A stretch of DNA of 64,000 nucleotides from an uncultured Chloroflexia bacterium (GCA_963780425.1 CAWABZ010000013.1:68644-132643); one strand, 5' to 3'; positions 7,527 through 18,106 are shown, counted from the first letter of the stretch. Numbers and translations are program-made. Notes: generated by a model from the letters alone, not told the origin.

Positions 7527-10287
7527 ATGACCTCGACATCGCGAGCTCCGCGGGCGTCGCGATCCGCCCGCGCCGCCGAGCCGGCCGGCATCGGGTCGGC
7601 CCGAGCGCGCGATCCTCTCGCCCTCGAGGTCCGCCTGCTGGGTGCCCTGCTCGGGCAGGTGATCACCGAACAGGCCGGGCGAGGGGATCTATGACCTCGT
7701 CGAGCGGCTGCGGCTGGCGGCCATCGCCTTCCGGCAGGACGAGCAGCCGGCGGTCCGCGAGCGGCTCGAGGCCGAGCTCGATGCGCTCGAGCTGGAGGAT
7801 GCCGAGGCCGTCATCACGGCGTTCTCCCTGTACTTCCAGCTGGTCAACCTGGCGGAAGCGCGGGCACGCGTCCGGACGCTGCGAAGGCGCGAGCGCGCCG
7901 CACGCGACGGGCTCCTCGACGATTCTGTTGCGGAAGCCGTCGCGCGGCTGCGACGAGCCGGCCGGAGCGATGCGGACCTCGACGCCATCCTCGCTCGACT
8001 GCGGATCATGCCGGTCCTCACCGCGCACCCGACCGAAGCCCGCCGACGCACGACGCTCGTCGCCCTGCGGCGCTGTGCGGTGCTGCTCGAGCGGCTCGAC
8101 GACACCAGGCTGACCCCCTCCGACGATCGCGAGATCCGCCGTCGGCTGCGTGAGGAGATCACGCTGCTGTGGCGCACGTCGGACCTTCGCGCGGTGACGC
8201 CCGAGCCGCTGGACGAGGTCCGGACGGCGATGGCGATGTTCGATGCGACGCTCTTCACGCTCGCACCGCGGCTGTACCGGACGGTCGACGCGGTCCTCGA
8301 CGCCGAGACCGGGACGCGCCCGCCGCGCGCGCCGGCGTTCCTGCGGTTCGGATCGTGGATCGGTGGCGATCGCGACGGCAACCCGGCTGTCACCTCGGAC
8401 ATGACGCTGCGAACGCTCCGGATCCAGTCCGATCACGTCTTGCACGGCTACGAGGCGGTCGCGATGCGGCTGATGCAGACCGTGTCTGCGACGACCCCGC
8501 ACGAACGGGTCTCTCGGGCGCTCGCCACACGCCTCGCCCGCGATGCCGAGGACCTCCCCGAGACCGACCGCCAACTCCGTCGACGTTTCCCGGACGAACC
8601 GTACCGGCAGCGGTTCGGGTTCATCGCCGAACGATTGCGACGCACGCGGGCGATTCTGACCGGGGAGGCCGGCGCCCGCACCGGGCACTACGAGGATGCC
8701 GACAGCTTCGACGCCGAGCTGCACGAGATCCAGGAGTCGCTCGTCGATGACGGTCTTGAGCGGATCGCCTGGGGCGAGGTCGCCGAGCTGCGCTGGCAGG
8801 TGGCGACGTTCGGGTTCCACCTGGCGTCGCTCGAGATCCGGCAGCACAGCGCGGTCCATCAGGCGGCGCTCGACGCGCTGGCGCGCTCGGCCGAGGAGGC
8901 CACCGAGGCCGCGCCCGGCGTGACCGTCGGGGAGGTGCTGGCGACGTTCCGATCCATCTCCGAGGTGCAGGCGCGCTTCGGTGGGGAGGCGTGCCGGCGG
9001 GTCGTGGTGTCCTTCACGGCCACGCCACGGGACGTCCTGAACGTGCTCGATCTGGCGGCCCGCGCGGGCGGCGAGCCCGCGATCGACGTCGTCCCCCTGT
9101 TCGAGTCGTCGGAGGCGCTGACCGACGCCGGCGAGATCCTCGATGCGTTGCTCCGCGACGCGGTGTACCGCCGCCACGTCGCATCCCGCGGTGACCGACA
9201 GGAAGTGATGCTCGGCTACTCCGACTCGAACAAGGAGTCGGGGTTCCTCGCGGCGGCCTGGATGCTCCACCAGGCACAGGCCGCGCTGGTGGAGGCGGCC
9301 CGCGCGCACGGCGTCGAGTTGACGTTGTTCCACGGTCGAGGTGGCGCGATCGGTCGCGGCGGCGGACCGGCCAACCGCGCCATCGTCGGGGGCGCGCCGG
9401 GGTCGGTCGATGGGCGGCTGAAGCTCACCGAGCAAGGGGAGGTGATCGCCGCCAACTACGGCGATCCCGCGATCGCCCGCCGCCACCTCGAGCAACTGAC
9501 GGGCGCCGTGCTCATCGCCTCGACGCCTGAGCACGACTCCGCCGCCGCGGCGGCGGCAAAGGCCGGCGGCCCGCTCCTGAACGAGCTGTCCGAGACCGCT
9601 CGGTCCGCGTACCGCGCGCTGGTCCACGAGGATCCCGGGTTCGCCGCCTTCTTCCGGTCGATCACGCCGATCGCCGAGCTGTCCGACCTTCGCCTGGGAT
9701 CCCGCCCCGCCGCCCGCGGTCGGGCGGGCGCCGCGCCCGACGAGGCGCCACCCATCGATGCGCTGCGTGCCATCCCGTGGACCTTCGCCTGGTCGCAGTC
9801 GCGGATCAACCTGCCCGGCTGGTACGGCCTCGGGTCGGCGCTCGACGCGTACGGCGCAGCACACGGCGAGGCGGGCATCCGCGAGATCGCACGGCTGTAC
9901 CGCTCATGGCCGTTCCTGGCGTCCGTCATCGACAACGCGGAGATGATCCTGGCCAAGGCGGATATGGGTATCGGCCGACGCTATGCGTCGCTCGCCCAGG
10001 GTGACGACGCGGATCGCCGCTGGACGGCGATCGAGGCCGAGTACCACCGGACCGTGACTTTGCTGCTGCGCGTCACGGGACGTGACCGGCTCCTGGACGG
10101 AGCGCCGGTCCTGCAGCGGTCGATCGGTCTTCGGAACCCCTATGTCGACGCTCTCTCGGAGGTCCAGGTGCGCCTGCTCCGACGCCTGCGTGCCCTGCCG
10201 CCGGACGATCCCGCCCGCGCCATGCACCTGCGGCTGGTGCAACTCTCCGTGAACGGCGTCGCGGCCGGGCTCCAGAACACCGGGTAG
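7527..10287 (+). pseudogene. ppc: phosphoenolpyruvate carboxylase, frame broken near 7672-7682 as assembled
   Basis: The N-terminal ~50 aa (DPLALEVRLLGALLGQVITEQAG) are in frame 3. The rest (EGIYDLVERLR ... TAHPTE ... GRGGAIGRGGGP ... LQNTG) is in frame 1. Frame 1 has a TGA at 7660-7662 and no start before 8008. Confidence 0.85.
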
Positions 10288-10291
10288 CGCG

Positions 10292-10827
10292 ATGGATCAT
10301 CGGGATCACGTCGCCCTGATCCAGGAAGGGGTCGCTGGCGCGGGGCCCGTCTGGGCGGACATCGGCGCCGGCACGGGCGCCTTCACGCTCGCGCTCGCCG
10401 ACCTGCTGGGCGACGACGGGCGCATCATCGCGGTCGACCGGGATGGAGCGGCGCTGGCCGAGAACGCCCGGGAGGTCGCCGCGCGCTTTCCGGCCACCAC
10501 GCTGACGACGCTCGTCGGGGACCTGCAGGAGCCGCTCGACCTGCCCCGCTCGACGGCCTGCTCGCCGCGAACAGCCTCCACTTCGTGAGCAGGGATCGAC
10601 AGGTGTCCGTGGTCGCCGCACTCGCCGGTCACCTCCGCCCTGGCGCGCCGTTCATCGTCGTGGAGTACGACGCCGACCGTGGTAACCCCTGGGTGCCCCA
10701 CCCGTTCTCGATCGGACGATGGCGCGAGCTCGCCTCGGAGGCAGGCCTGGGCGACACGGTCGAGATCGGCCGCGTGCCGAGCCGGTTCCTCGGATCGATC
10801 TACGCGGCGGTCAGCCGGAAGCCCTGA
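10292..10827 (+). pseudogene. class I SAM-dependent methyltransferase, frame broken near 10545-10555 as assembled
   Basis: Motif I (ADIGAGTGAFTLAL) lies in the 98-aa ORF. The continuation LDGLLAANSLHFV...PGAPFIVVEYD is in the next frame (ORF 10585..10827). Confidence 0.75.
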
Positions 10828-10885
10828 CGAGCCGATCGCACCTCAGCCGCGCTCTGGCGGCCCTATACCGCGGCCGATCCCGCGG

Positions 10886-11007
10886 CTGGAACATCCCCAT
10901 GTTCCGATCGGCGAACGATGGCACCCTCAGCCGCTGACCACGGCGCCCTCGGCCCGGGCTAGCCGCCATCTGGAACGCCATCGATGTTCCAGTTGGCGAA
11001 GGAGTTG
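10886..11007. repeat. second copy of the ~120-bp element carrying two TGGAAC...GTTCCA palindromes
   Basis: The first 41 nt match 1069-1109 at 37/41 positions (counted by eye). The shared internal blocks are acggcgccctc, gctagccgcc, tggaac, gatgttcca and ggcgaa. It lies between convergent stops at 10827 and 11013. Confidence 0.85.
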
Positions 11008-11012
11008 CCGCG

Positions 11013-11337
11013 TCAGCCCCGCCCTGGCGGCGGCGAGGGTGGGTCCGGTGGCGTGACGTTCTTGATCGGCGGTGGCGGCGGCCGGCGCCGCAAGACTCGA
11101 CCGAGCACGTCCGGCCCGGCGATGAACGGCGCGAGATACGCCAGCAGCAACAGCGGGATCACGATCCGGGTCGCGCCTGGGTCGGACGGCCACGAACATC
11201 GCCAGGCACCAGATGACGAGGACATACAGCCCGACCGAGCCCCGTGACAGACCGGCGGCGCGCAATCGGCGCGCCGGGATGAGCACGAGCAGCGCGAGCC
11301 CCAGCGCCAACGCGAGGAGCCAAGGCGGGGCGATCAT
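11013..11337 (-). pseudogene. small membrane protein with Pro-rich tail, frame broken near 11170-11185 as assembled
   Basis: The N-terminal TM segments MIAPPWLLALALGLALLVLI and LYVLVIWCLAMFVAV are in one frame. The continuation IVIPLLLLAYLAPFIAG...RRRPPPPPIK is in another. No family was recognised. Confidence 0.45.
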
Positions 11338-11341
11338 CCGG

Positions 11342-12190
11342 TCAGCGGCTCATCGATCGGTAGCGGCGGATCCCCAGCGGCGCGAAGACCACGATGAAGA
11401 CGACCACCCAGATCAGCGTGACCAGGACCGGGTTTTGCGATGGGAAACTGTCGGTCGTGTAGGGGTTCGGATTGCCCCACAGCTGGCGAAGGGAACTGGT
11501 GAGCGTGCTCGTCGGGTTCCATTCGGCGACGAACTGGAGCCACGAGGGCAGCGTTCCGGGCGGCACGAAGACGTTCGAGATGAAGGTGATCGGGAACAGC
11601 ACGGTGAAGATGGCCTGCTGGGCGACCTCGACGGTCGGCACGCTGAGACCGAGGAAGATCCCCAGCCAGGCCATCGCGAAGGCGAACAACAGGAGCAGTC
11701 CGATCCCGGCGAGGAGCGCGCCGAGGCCGGTATGGACGGTCCAGCCGACGGCGAGGCCCGAGACCATCAGCACGATGAGGATCCCACCGTTGTAGATGAC
11801 GTCGGCGAGTGATCGTCCAGACAGCACGGCAGAGCGAGCCATCGGCAGCGAGCGGAACCGATCGATGATCCCCTTGCCGATGTCGTCCGCCATGCCGATC
11901 GCCGTCGTTCCGGCGGCGAAGACGATGGTCTGGGCGAAGATCCCCGGCATCAGGTACTCGCGGTAGTACTTCGGATCGGGCGGATAGCCAGGCAGCGGGA
12001 TCGCGCCGCCGAAGACGTAGGCGAACAGCACCACGAACATGATCGACTGGAGCACCGCGAAGATCGCGAGCTCCGGGATCCGCGGGATCCGCTTCAGGTT
12101 GCGCCACATGATGACCAGCCCGTCCCGGGCAGCCGAGGAGAGGGTCCCTGCGGCAGGAGCGGGTCGGCTGGTCGTCGCGGTGGCGCTCAT
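11342..12190 (-). CDS. ABC-2 type exporter permease (DrrB-like)
   Basis: 282 aa with 6 predicted TM segments and the typical N-terminus MWRNLKRIPRIPELAIF. It overlaps the upstream ATPase gene by 4 nt. Confidence 0.9.
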   Translation of the reverse strand: MSATATTSRPAPAAGTLSSAARDGLVIMWRNLKRIPRIPELAIFAVLQSIMFVVLFAYVFGGAIPLPGYPPDPKYYREYLMPGIFAQTIVFAAGTTAIGMADDIGKGIIDRFRSLPMARSAVLSGRSLADVIYNGGILIVLMVSGLAVGWTVHTGLGALLAGIGLLLLFAFAMAWLGIFLGLSVPTVEVAQQAIFTVLFPITFISNVFVPPGTLPSWLQFVAEWNPTSTLTSSLRQLWGNPNPYTTDSFPSQNPVLVTLIWVVVFIVVFAPLGIRRYRSMSR

Positions 12191-13173
12191 GCGGCGGCCT
12201 CCGCGGGCTCCTCGACTGCGGCGTGGCCGGTCAGGCTCAGGAACACATCGTCCAGGGTCGGGCGGCGAAGTCCGATGTCATCGATCGCGATGCCGACCTC
12301 GTCGAAGTCGCGGATGACGGTCGCGAGGCGCTTCGCCCCACCGTCCGAGGGAACGGTGACCCGCCGTGTGTGTTCGTCGATGGTCGACCCGCCGAGCCCG
12401 ATCCCGTCGAGGATGCGACGGGCGTCGTCGACCCGCGTGCGATCGTGGACGACGACCTCGATGCGCTCACCGCCGACCTGGGCCTTCAGATCGTCGGACG
12501 TGCCGCGCGCGATGATCTTGCCGTGGTCGACGACGGCGATGGTGTCGGCCAGCTCGTCTGCCTCCTCGAGGTACTGGGTCGTCAGGAGGAGCGTCACGCC
12601 CTCGCGGACGAGCGACCGGATGACCTCCCACATCCCGAGCCGGCTTCTCGGGTCGAGACCGGTCGTCGGCTCGTCCAGGAAGAGCAGCTTGGGACGGCCG
12701 ATCAGCGCGCTCGCGAGGTCGAGCCTGCGGCGCATGCCGCCCGAGTACGTCTTGACGACGCGGTCAGCGGCATCGGCCAGCTCGAACTGGTCGAGCAGCT
12801 CGCCGGCGCGTGCCCGCGCGGTGTCGCTCGAGAGCTGGTAGAGCCGGCCGAACATCCACAGGTTCTCGCGCCCCGTGAGGTTCTCGTCGACGGCCGCGTA
12901 CTGGCCGGACAGCCCGATCAGGGTCCGGATCTGCTGTGCGTCGCGGATCACGTCGAGCCCCGCGATCGTGGCATGACCCGCGTCGGGTCGGAGCAGCGTC
13001 GCCAGGATGCGCACGGTCGTCGTCTTGCCGGCACCGTTCGGTCCGAGCAGCCCGAGGATGGTGCCCCGGGCGACCGTGAGGTCGACGCCGTCCAGTGCGC
13101 GGACCTCGTGCTTCCTTGTCTTGTAGATCTTGACGAGCCCTTCGGCGGTGATTTCGTCCATGCGGCGGCGCAC
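12187..13173 (-). CDS. ABC transporter ATP-binding protein (DrrA-like, daunorubicin-resistance family)
   Basis: Walker A is GPNGAGKTT, the signature is YSGGMRRRL and Walker B is LLFLDEPTTGLD. Confidence 0.9.
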   Translation of the reverse strand: MRRRMDEITAEGLVKIYKTRKHEVRALDGVDLTVARGTILGLLGPNGAGKTTTVRILATLLRPDAGHATIAGLDVIRDAQQIRTLIGLSGQYAAVDENLTGRENLWMFGRLYQLSSDTARARAGELLDQFELADAADRVVKTYSGGMRRRLDLASALIGRPKLLFLDEPTTGLDPRSRLGMWEVIRSLVREGVTLLLTTQYLEEADELADTIAVVDHGKIIARGTSDDLKAQVGGERIEVVVHDRTRVDDARRILDGIGLGGSTIDEHTRRVTVPSDGGAKRLATVIRDFDEVGIAIDDIGLRRPTLDDVFLSLTGHAAVEEPAEAAA

Positions 13174-13305
13174 CTCTGGATCAGGATGGAGAACGGCAAG
13201 TATAGGCGGTCGACATCATCGGCCCGTTATCGCGTGGCGGCCGGCAATGCATCCCGAGCAACACGCCGGCACGGACCACCATGCGGCCGGTACGCTCGCC
13301 GCTCG

Positions 13306-14628
13306 ATGTATGACCGACTCCGGGCCTGGCTCGACCGCTGGGGCCCCATCCTCCCGCTGCTCGTCGCCGAGTTCATCGTCTGGCTGGGCTTCGGTAGCCT
13401 GCTGCCCGTCCTGCCGATCTACTTCCACGAGCAGGGCCTCGATCTGGCGACGCTCGGGCTGGTGATCGCGGCGTGGCCGGCTGCCCGACTGGTCAGCGAG
13501 CCGATCTTCGGGTGGCTGGCCGATCGCACAGCCCGGGTTCCCCTGATGGTCATCGGGCTGGTCGCGACAGGCGTGTTCGGCGCGTTGCCGTTGGTCTGGA
13601 CCGGCCCGGTCGCGTTCCTCGTGCTCCGCGCCGGCGCCGGTTTGGGGTCGGCGATGTACGACCCCGCCGCGCGCGGTTTCCTGACCGATGCCACGCCGCC
13701 CGAGCGTCGTGGCGAGGCGTTCGGCCTGTACGGCGCCGCCCAGATGGGCGGGCTGCTGATCGGCCCGTCGATCGGCGCATTCGGGGCGGGGCAGTTCGGC
13801 GGCATCGGCTTCGTGTTCGTGTTCAGCGCCGTCGCCGCGATCGTCGCGGCGGTGGCGATCGCGCTCCGTGTCCGCGAGGAGGGTCCAGCCCACAAGGCCG
13901 GCGCATCGCCCTGGTCCGACCGGACCACGCTGCCGCCCGACTCACCCTACGTCGAGGGCCGGGCCGCCGCGGCATTGGCGGCCGACGCCACGTCAACCGC
14001 GGACCGGAGCCCCTCCGATGGCCGTGCGATGCGGCTCCTGAACCGCGGCCTGATCGCCGCGATCATCCTGAACGTCGGCGGCTACTACGGCGGCGGCACG
14101 TACGAGGTGATCTGGAGCCTCTTCCTCCAGGGACTCGGCGCGGATCTGGCGCTCATCGGCCTGACATTCGCGATGTTCGGCCTGCCGGTGCTGGTCCTCT
14201 CGCCGTTCGCGGGGCGCCTGGTCGACCGGCGCGGCTCTTTTGCGTTCATCGTCCTCGGGATGGTCCTGCCGGCGGTGACCGGCATCCTGTACACGTTCAT
14301 GCGGGACCCATCCTTTGCCGTGCCGTTGATCCTGATCGAGGCGACCGGGTTCGCATTCCTGAACCCCGCGCTGTACGCGGTCGTCGCGGCGAGCTCGCCG
14401 CCCGGCCGTTCGTCGACGGCACAGGGACTGTTCGGCGCGGCCGGCACGCTCGGGTTCATCGTGGCGTCGGTGACGGCGGGCCTGCTCGCGGAGCGGAACA
14501 TCCTGTTCCCGTTCTATGCGTTCAGTGGGGTGATGCTGGTGACGCTGCTCATCGCGGTCGTCGTGGGCGGGCCGGCGCTCCACGGACGGGTCGCCCAGCC
14601 GTCCCAGGCACCGGCCACCGCGGGCTGA
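13306..14628 (+). CDS. MFS transporter (12 TM)
   Basis: The ATG at 13306 lies inside the 801-aa composite ORF. Motifs GWLADRTARVPLMVIG and GAGLGSAMYDPAARGF are present; hydrophobic throughout. Confidence 0.9.
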   Translation: MYDRLRAWLDRWGPILPLLVAEFIVWLGFGSLLPVLPIYFHEQGLDLATLGLVIAAWPAARLVSEPIFGWLADRTARVPLMVIGLVATGVFGALPLVWTGPVAFLVLRAGAGLGSAMYDPAARGFLTDATPPERRGEAFGLYGAAQMGGLLIGPSIGAFGAGQFGGIGFVFVFSAVAAIVAAVAIALRVREEGPAHKAGASPWSDRTTLPPDSPYVEGRAAAALAADATSTADRSPSDGRAMRLLNRGLIAAIILNVGGYYGGGTYEVIWSLFLQGLGADLALIGLTFAMFGLPVLVLSPFAGRLVDRRGSFAFIVLGMVLPAVTGILYTFMRDPSFAVPLILIEATGFAFLNPALYAVVAASSPPGRSSTAQGLFGAAGTLGFIVASVTAGLLAERNILFPFYAFSGVMLVTLLIAVVVGGPALHGRVAQPSQAPATAG

Positions 14629-14679
14629 GGCGCGCCGAGCGCATTTGACCGATTCCGGGCCCGCCCCTATCATTCGCGG

Positions 14680-14755
14680 TCGCGGGGTGGAGCAGCGGCA
14701 GCTCGTCGGGCTCATAACCCGAAGGTCAAGGGTTCGAATCCCTTCCCCGCAACCA
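14680..14755 (+). tRNA. initiator tRNA-Met (anticodon CAT), CCA encoded
   Basis: Folded by hand. The acceptor stem cgcgggg/ccccgca has a C1:A72 mismatch. D stem is gagc/gctc. The anticodon stem tcggg/cccga contains three G:C pairs, and the loop is ctCATaa. T stem is aaggg/ccctt with loop ttcgaat. Confidence 0.9.
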
Positions 14756-14767
14756 AGCTTTCTTCCT

Positions 14768-14808
14768 GAACCCCGGGTCCCGACCAACCCGGGGTTCAAC
14801 CTTTCTGC
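14768..14808 (+). terminator. stem-loop downstream of the tRNA (10-bp perfect stem GAACCCCGGG / CCCGGGGTTC)
   Basis: Arms at 14768-14777 and 14788-14797 with a 10-nt loop, followed by aacctttctg. It sits between the tRNA and the convergent gene end at 14825. Confidence 0.5.
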
Positions 14809-14824
14809 CTGCCATCCGGACGGA

Positions 14825-16126
14825 TCAGGGCGCCAGTCGTTGCCACGCCGGTTGGCCATTATCCCCAGGCCATGGCGCGACGGCAGTCGCGCCGGTGAGC
14901 GGATCGACGGTCAGGCGGTTGGCGGCCCGACCCTTCTGCGTCGAAGTACACGCCGAATATCGACCCATCGTCGGGCGCCCAGACCCAGCGGGCGCACAGG
15001 TCGCCGAGGGAATCGCTTGGCCCGCTCGGACACTGGATCTCGACGTCGGGACCGACCCCGTCGACCGGGATCACCGCGGCACGATGGTCCGAGCCGTCTG
15101 GCGAGAAGATCCTCGTGATGATCAGGCGTGTCCCATCGTTCGACCAGACCGCGTCGCCGTCGGAGACCGCATCCGGGTGGTGGTCCACAGCGAACGTCGC
15201 CCGTGCCGTCCGCCGAGATGACGTGGGTTCGCCAGACGTCCTCGGCATCCATCGATACATACAGGATGCGAGAGCCATCCGGCGACCACGATCCGCCCCC
15301 GATCGCTACCAGTCGTCGGCTCGACGATCGTTCGAACGACGGACGTCGCGATGTCGACTGCAAACAGGCCTGTCACCCCGTCGTCGGCTCGATGGCCGGT
15401 GAAGAGGATCTCAGATCCGTTTGGCGGGCGGAACGACGGCGCCTCGACACTCATCCCGACGTCGATCGTTCGTATGGCCCCCGAGCCATCAGTCGGGATG
15501 AGGAGCATGGAAAAGGTGTTGTCGACCAAAGCCGTCGCCAGGATCGAGCGCCCGTCTGGCGAGAAGCTCCACGCGTCGTGGTACGGGCCGAATTCATCGA
15601 GCAGCTCTGGCGTGACCTGGATCATGTTCGTGCCGTCGGCATTCGCAACGAACAGCAGGGCGTTGCGACCCTCGCCCGTGCGGGCGAACGCAAAGCGCGT
15701 TCCATCCCTGGAGAAGATCGGACGCGCATCGAATGTGGACCCCGTGACCAGGGCCGCCGTCTGGCCGGTCACTGGATCCATCGAGTAGATGTCGCCCTCG
15801 GCGTCGTACGCGATCAACCCGTTGGCCGCCCGCCCGTATGGCGCGGGCAGACGCGGTCGTGAGCCGACGTACGCGGCGACCATCGCCGCAAGCAGGACGA
15901 CGAGCAGCGCGAAGACAGCGAGCCGGCGCCATGGCAACCGAGTCGTCGGGGTCCGCGCAGTCACAAGTTCCATGGGGAGCCACCTTTCGATGGATGCCCA
16001 GGCGGGTCGCTGACGCGTGCCGGCGGTCCGCCCGAGGATGTCTGTGAGGTAATCGGGCGTTCGCGGGTCAGCCAGGTCGGTCAGGGCGACGGGCAACTGA
16101 CGTTCGAAGGTATCGATCGGCATCAT
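14825..16126 (-). pseudogene. sigma-partner membrane protein (putative anti-sigma N-terminus + TM + PD40/TolB-like beta-propeller), 3 frame breaks as assembled
   Basis: The protein is spread over ORFs 15122..16126, 14911..15363 and 14859..15278, plus a hand-translated tail GRAANRLTVDPLTGATAVAPWPGDNGQPAWQRLAP* ending at 14825. Repeats SFSPDG, SWSPDG and WSNDG are present. It is colinear with the paralogue at 16787-18106. Confidence 0.7.
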
Positions 16127-16686
16127 GCGAACCGCCCTTCCGGCACGGCGATCGGATCCACGGCGTCATCGTTCGCAACGGTCGTGCGGAGCACGCCGAG
16201 CGCGCGGTGCAGCCGGGATTTCGCGGTGCCCAGCGGGATGCCCATGCAGGACGCGACGTCCGGCAGTGGCATGCCGAGGAAGTAGTGCAGGACGACGACC
16301 GCACGCCAGCCGGGCTCGAGGGTCCGGAGCGCGCGATCGAGCAGGTCGCGATCCACGACGCCACCGCTGAAATCGGCGGTCGACGGGACGTGGAGCGGAG
16401 TCAGCTCCACCTCGATCGCACGGCGCTTGCGGCGCCGGATCAGGTCGAGGCAGGCATTGACGAGCAGTCGATGGAGCCAGGCGTCGAACCGGTCCACGTC
16501 GCGCAACGTGGGGAGGTCGCGCCAGCTCCGGACGAGAGCCTCCTGGACAGCGTCCCGCGCAAGGTCGGTATCCCGGAGGATCAGGCGTGCGGCCGCGTCC
16601 AGGCGCGCGACGGCCGCGCCGGCCAGCATCGCGAAGGCGTCATGATCGCCTCGCTGCGCTCGCTCGACGAGACCTCGCTGGTCCAC
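16123..16686 (-). CDS. ECF (group 4) RNA polymerase sigma factor
   Basis: Region 2 reads DAVQEALVRSWRDL...FDAWLHRLLVNACLDLIRRR. Region 4 reads VVVLHYFLGMPLPDVASCMGIPLGTAKSRLHRAL. GTG start; the stop overlaps the partner start (ATGA). Confidence 0.9.
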   Translation of the reverse strand: MDQRGLVERAQRGDHDAFAMLAGAAVARLDAAARLILRDTDLARDAVQEALVRSWRDLPTLRDVDRFDAWLHRLLVNACLDLIRRRKRRAIEVELTPLHVPSTADFSGGVVDRDLLDRALRTLEPGWRAVVVLHYFLGMPLPDVASCMGIPLGTAKSRLHRALGVLRTTVANDDAVDPIAVPEGRFA

Positions 16687-16734
16687 GGTCGCCTCAGGGT
16701 GTCGGCACGACCGAGGTGGCCGTGCTCGACATCC

Positions 16735-16766
16735 TAGGGCGTCATCGATGCCGGAATTCGTTCCCG
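16735..16766 (-). promoter_or_regulatory. candidate ECF-type promoter, GGGAAC-N18-CGCC
   Basis: The minus strand reads cacGGGAACgaattccggcatcgatgaCGCCctagg, about 50 nt upstream of the sigma GTG. The same GAAC-N17-CGCC..ctag arrangement occurs upstream of the paralogous sigma gene. Confidence 0.3.
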
Positions 16767-16786
16767 TGTATCGATGGGTCAGTGAG

Positions 16787-18106
16787 TCACGGGGCTCGGC
16801 GCTGCCAGGTGGGAGTGCCAGTCGCCGTCCAGGGAGCCGGCCGGACCTTGCCGGTCAGTGGGTCGGCCAGGAACTGCGGTAAGGGCCGGCCGCTTGCGTC
16901 CGACGTGGTACCGAGGAGGACCGAGTCGTCGGGTGACCAGATCCAGTCGGCATTGCAAGCGTCTGGCGAAGCGAACGAAGCGCATTCGATGTCGATGCCG
17001 ACGCTACTGCCATCGGCCGGGACGATGGCGGACCGGATGATGTCGCCGTCTGCGCCGACGTACCACCGATTGACGATCAATCGGGTTCCGTCATTCGACC
17101 AGCCGCCGCCACCTCCGTCCGCGAAGCTGTCCGGATGAGCGTCGACCAGGACGTCGCCGGTCCCGTCGGCTGACATGACGTGGGTCCGCAACGATATCCT
17201 CGTCGTCGTTGGGATCGAAGACGGCATACGCGATCCGCGTCCCGTCGGGGGACCACGCCGCGACGGAGACGTCTGCCGTGGCCGACGGGGCGATGATCGT
17301 CCGGACATCACCGGTCGCGGGGTCGAATGCGTACAGGCCACGAGTCGTCGGCTCCGGGTTCGATCCCCTGGAACATGATCTCGGAGCCGTCCGGGCGGTA
17401 TCGCGGTGGTTCGTCATTCAACGTTGCCCCGACATCGAAGAACACCGGTGGGCCGCTGCCGTCGCTCGCCACGACCATGATCGTGGGTCCTGTTGGCGAG
17501 TGGCCAACGCGACGATCGAGCGGCCGTCGGGCGAGAAGCTCCAGGCGGCGAGACCGCTGAGCGGCTCGGGCGTGACCTGGACGAGCCCACGTCCGTCGTC
17601 CCTGGACGACGAACAGGAACCCGGGCCGGACGCCGCCATCGCCCTCGACCTTGCGTTCGAAGGCGACTCGAGTGCCGTCCAGCGAGTAGACGGGTTGACC
17701 GTCGACCTCCGGGCCGGCCACGATCCCGGTCGCCTTGCCGGTCACTGGGATCTGCGGTGTAGATGTCGCCGTCCTGGCCAAAGGCGATCGACCCGTTCGC
17801 TGCCGGACCGAACGGGACCGCCGGAACCGCCGCTGCGAGCCCGCGTAGAACGCGAGCATCGCCGCGAGCAGGGCTGCCAGGAGCGCGAAGCACACCGACG
17901 ATCCGCCATGGGACGCGCGGTGCGCCAGGCAACGCCTTGGTCGCGAGGTCCATCGGAAGCCACCTTTCAGGGAACGTCCAGGCGGGTCGCTGCCGCACGC
18001 GGGCGATCTGCTGGACGAGGTCATCTCGATAGTCGGGCGTCCCCTGCAGGTACAGGTCGGCGAGGAGCGCCGGCAGGTCATGCTCGAAGCGTCGCGGCGA
18101 GGTCAT
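16787..18106 (-). pseudogene. paralogous sigma-partner membrane beta-propeller protein, about 7 frame breaks as assembled
   Basis: A colinear protein can be traced only by hopping between ORFs 17414..18106, 17308..18081, 17418..17639, 17091..17417 and 16787..17341. Examples along the path are ...ERWLPM..., CFALLAALLAAML, VTGKATGIVAGPEV, AAWSFSPDGRS, VAAWSPDGTR and GGWSNDGTRL. Confidence 0.7.

Noticed and set aside
4429-7530. Very long ORFs (for example 4429..7530 at 1033 aa, 7663..9864, 34290..36485, 36495..38528, 48885..51365, 42173..43702, 23004-region plus-strand ORFs) might be real large genes.
   Set aside because: Each is antisense to genes with unmistakable family motifs. Their translations are Arg/Pro/Gly/Asp-rich with no motifs. 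This is the expected stop-codon-poor antisense artefact of a ~70% GC genome.
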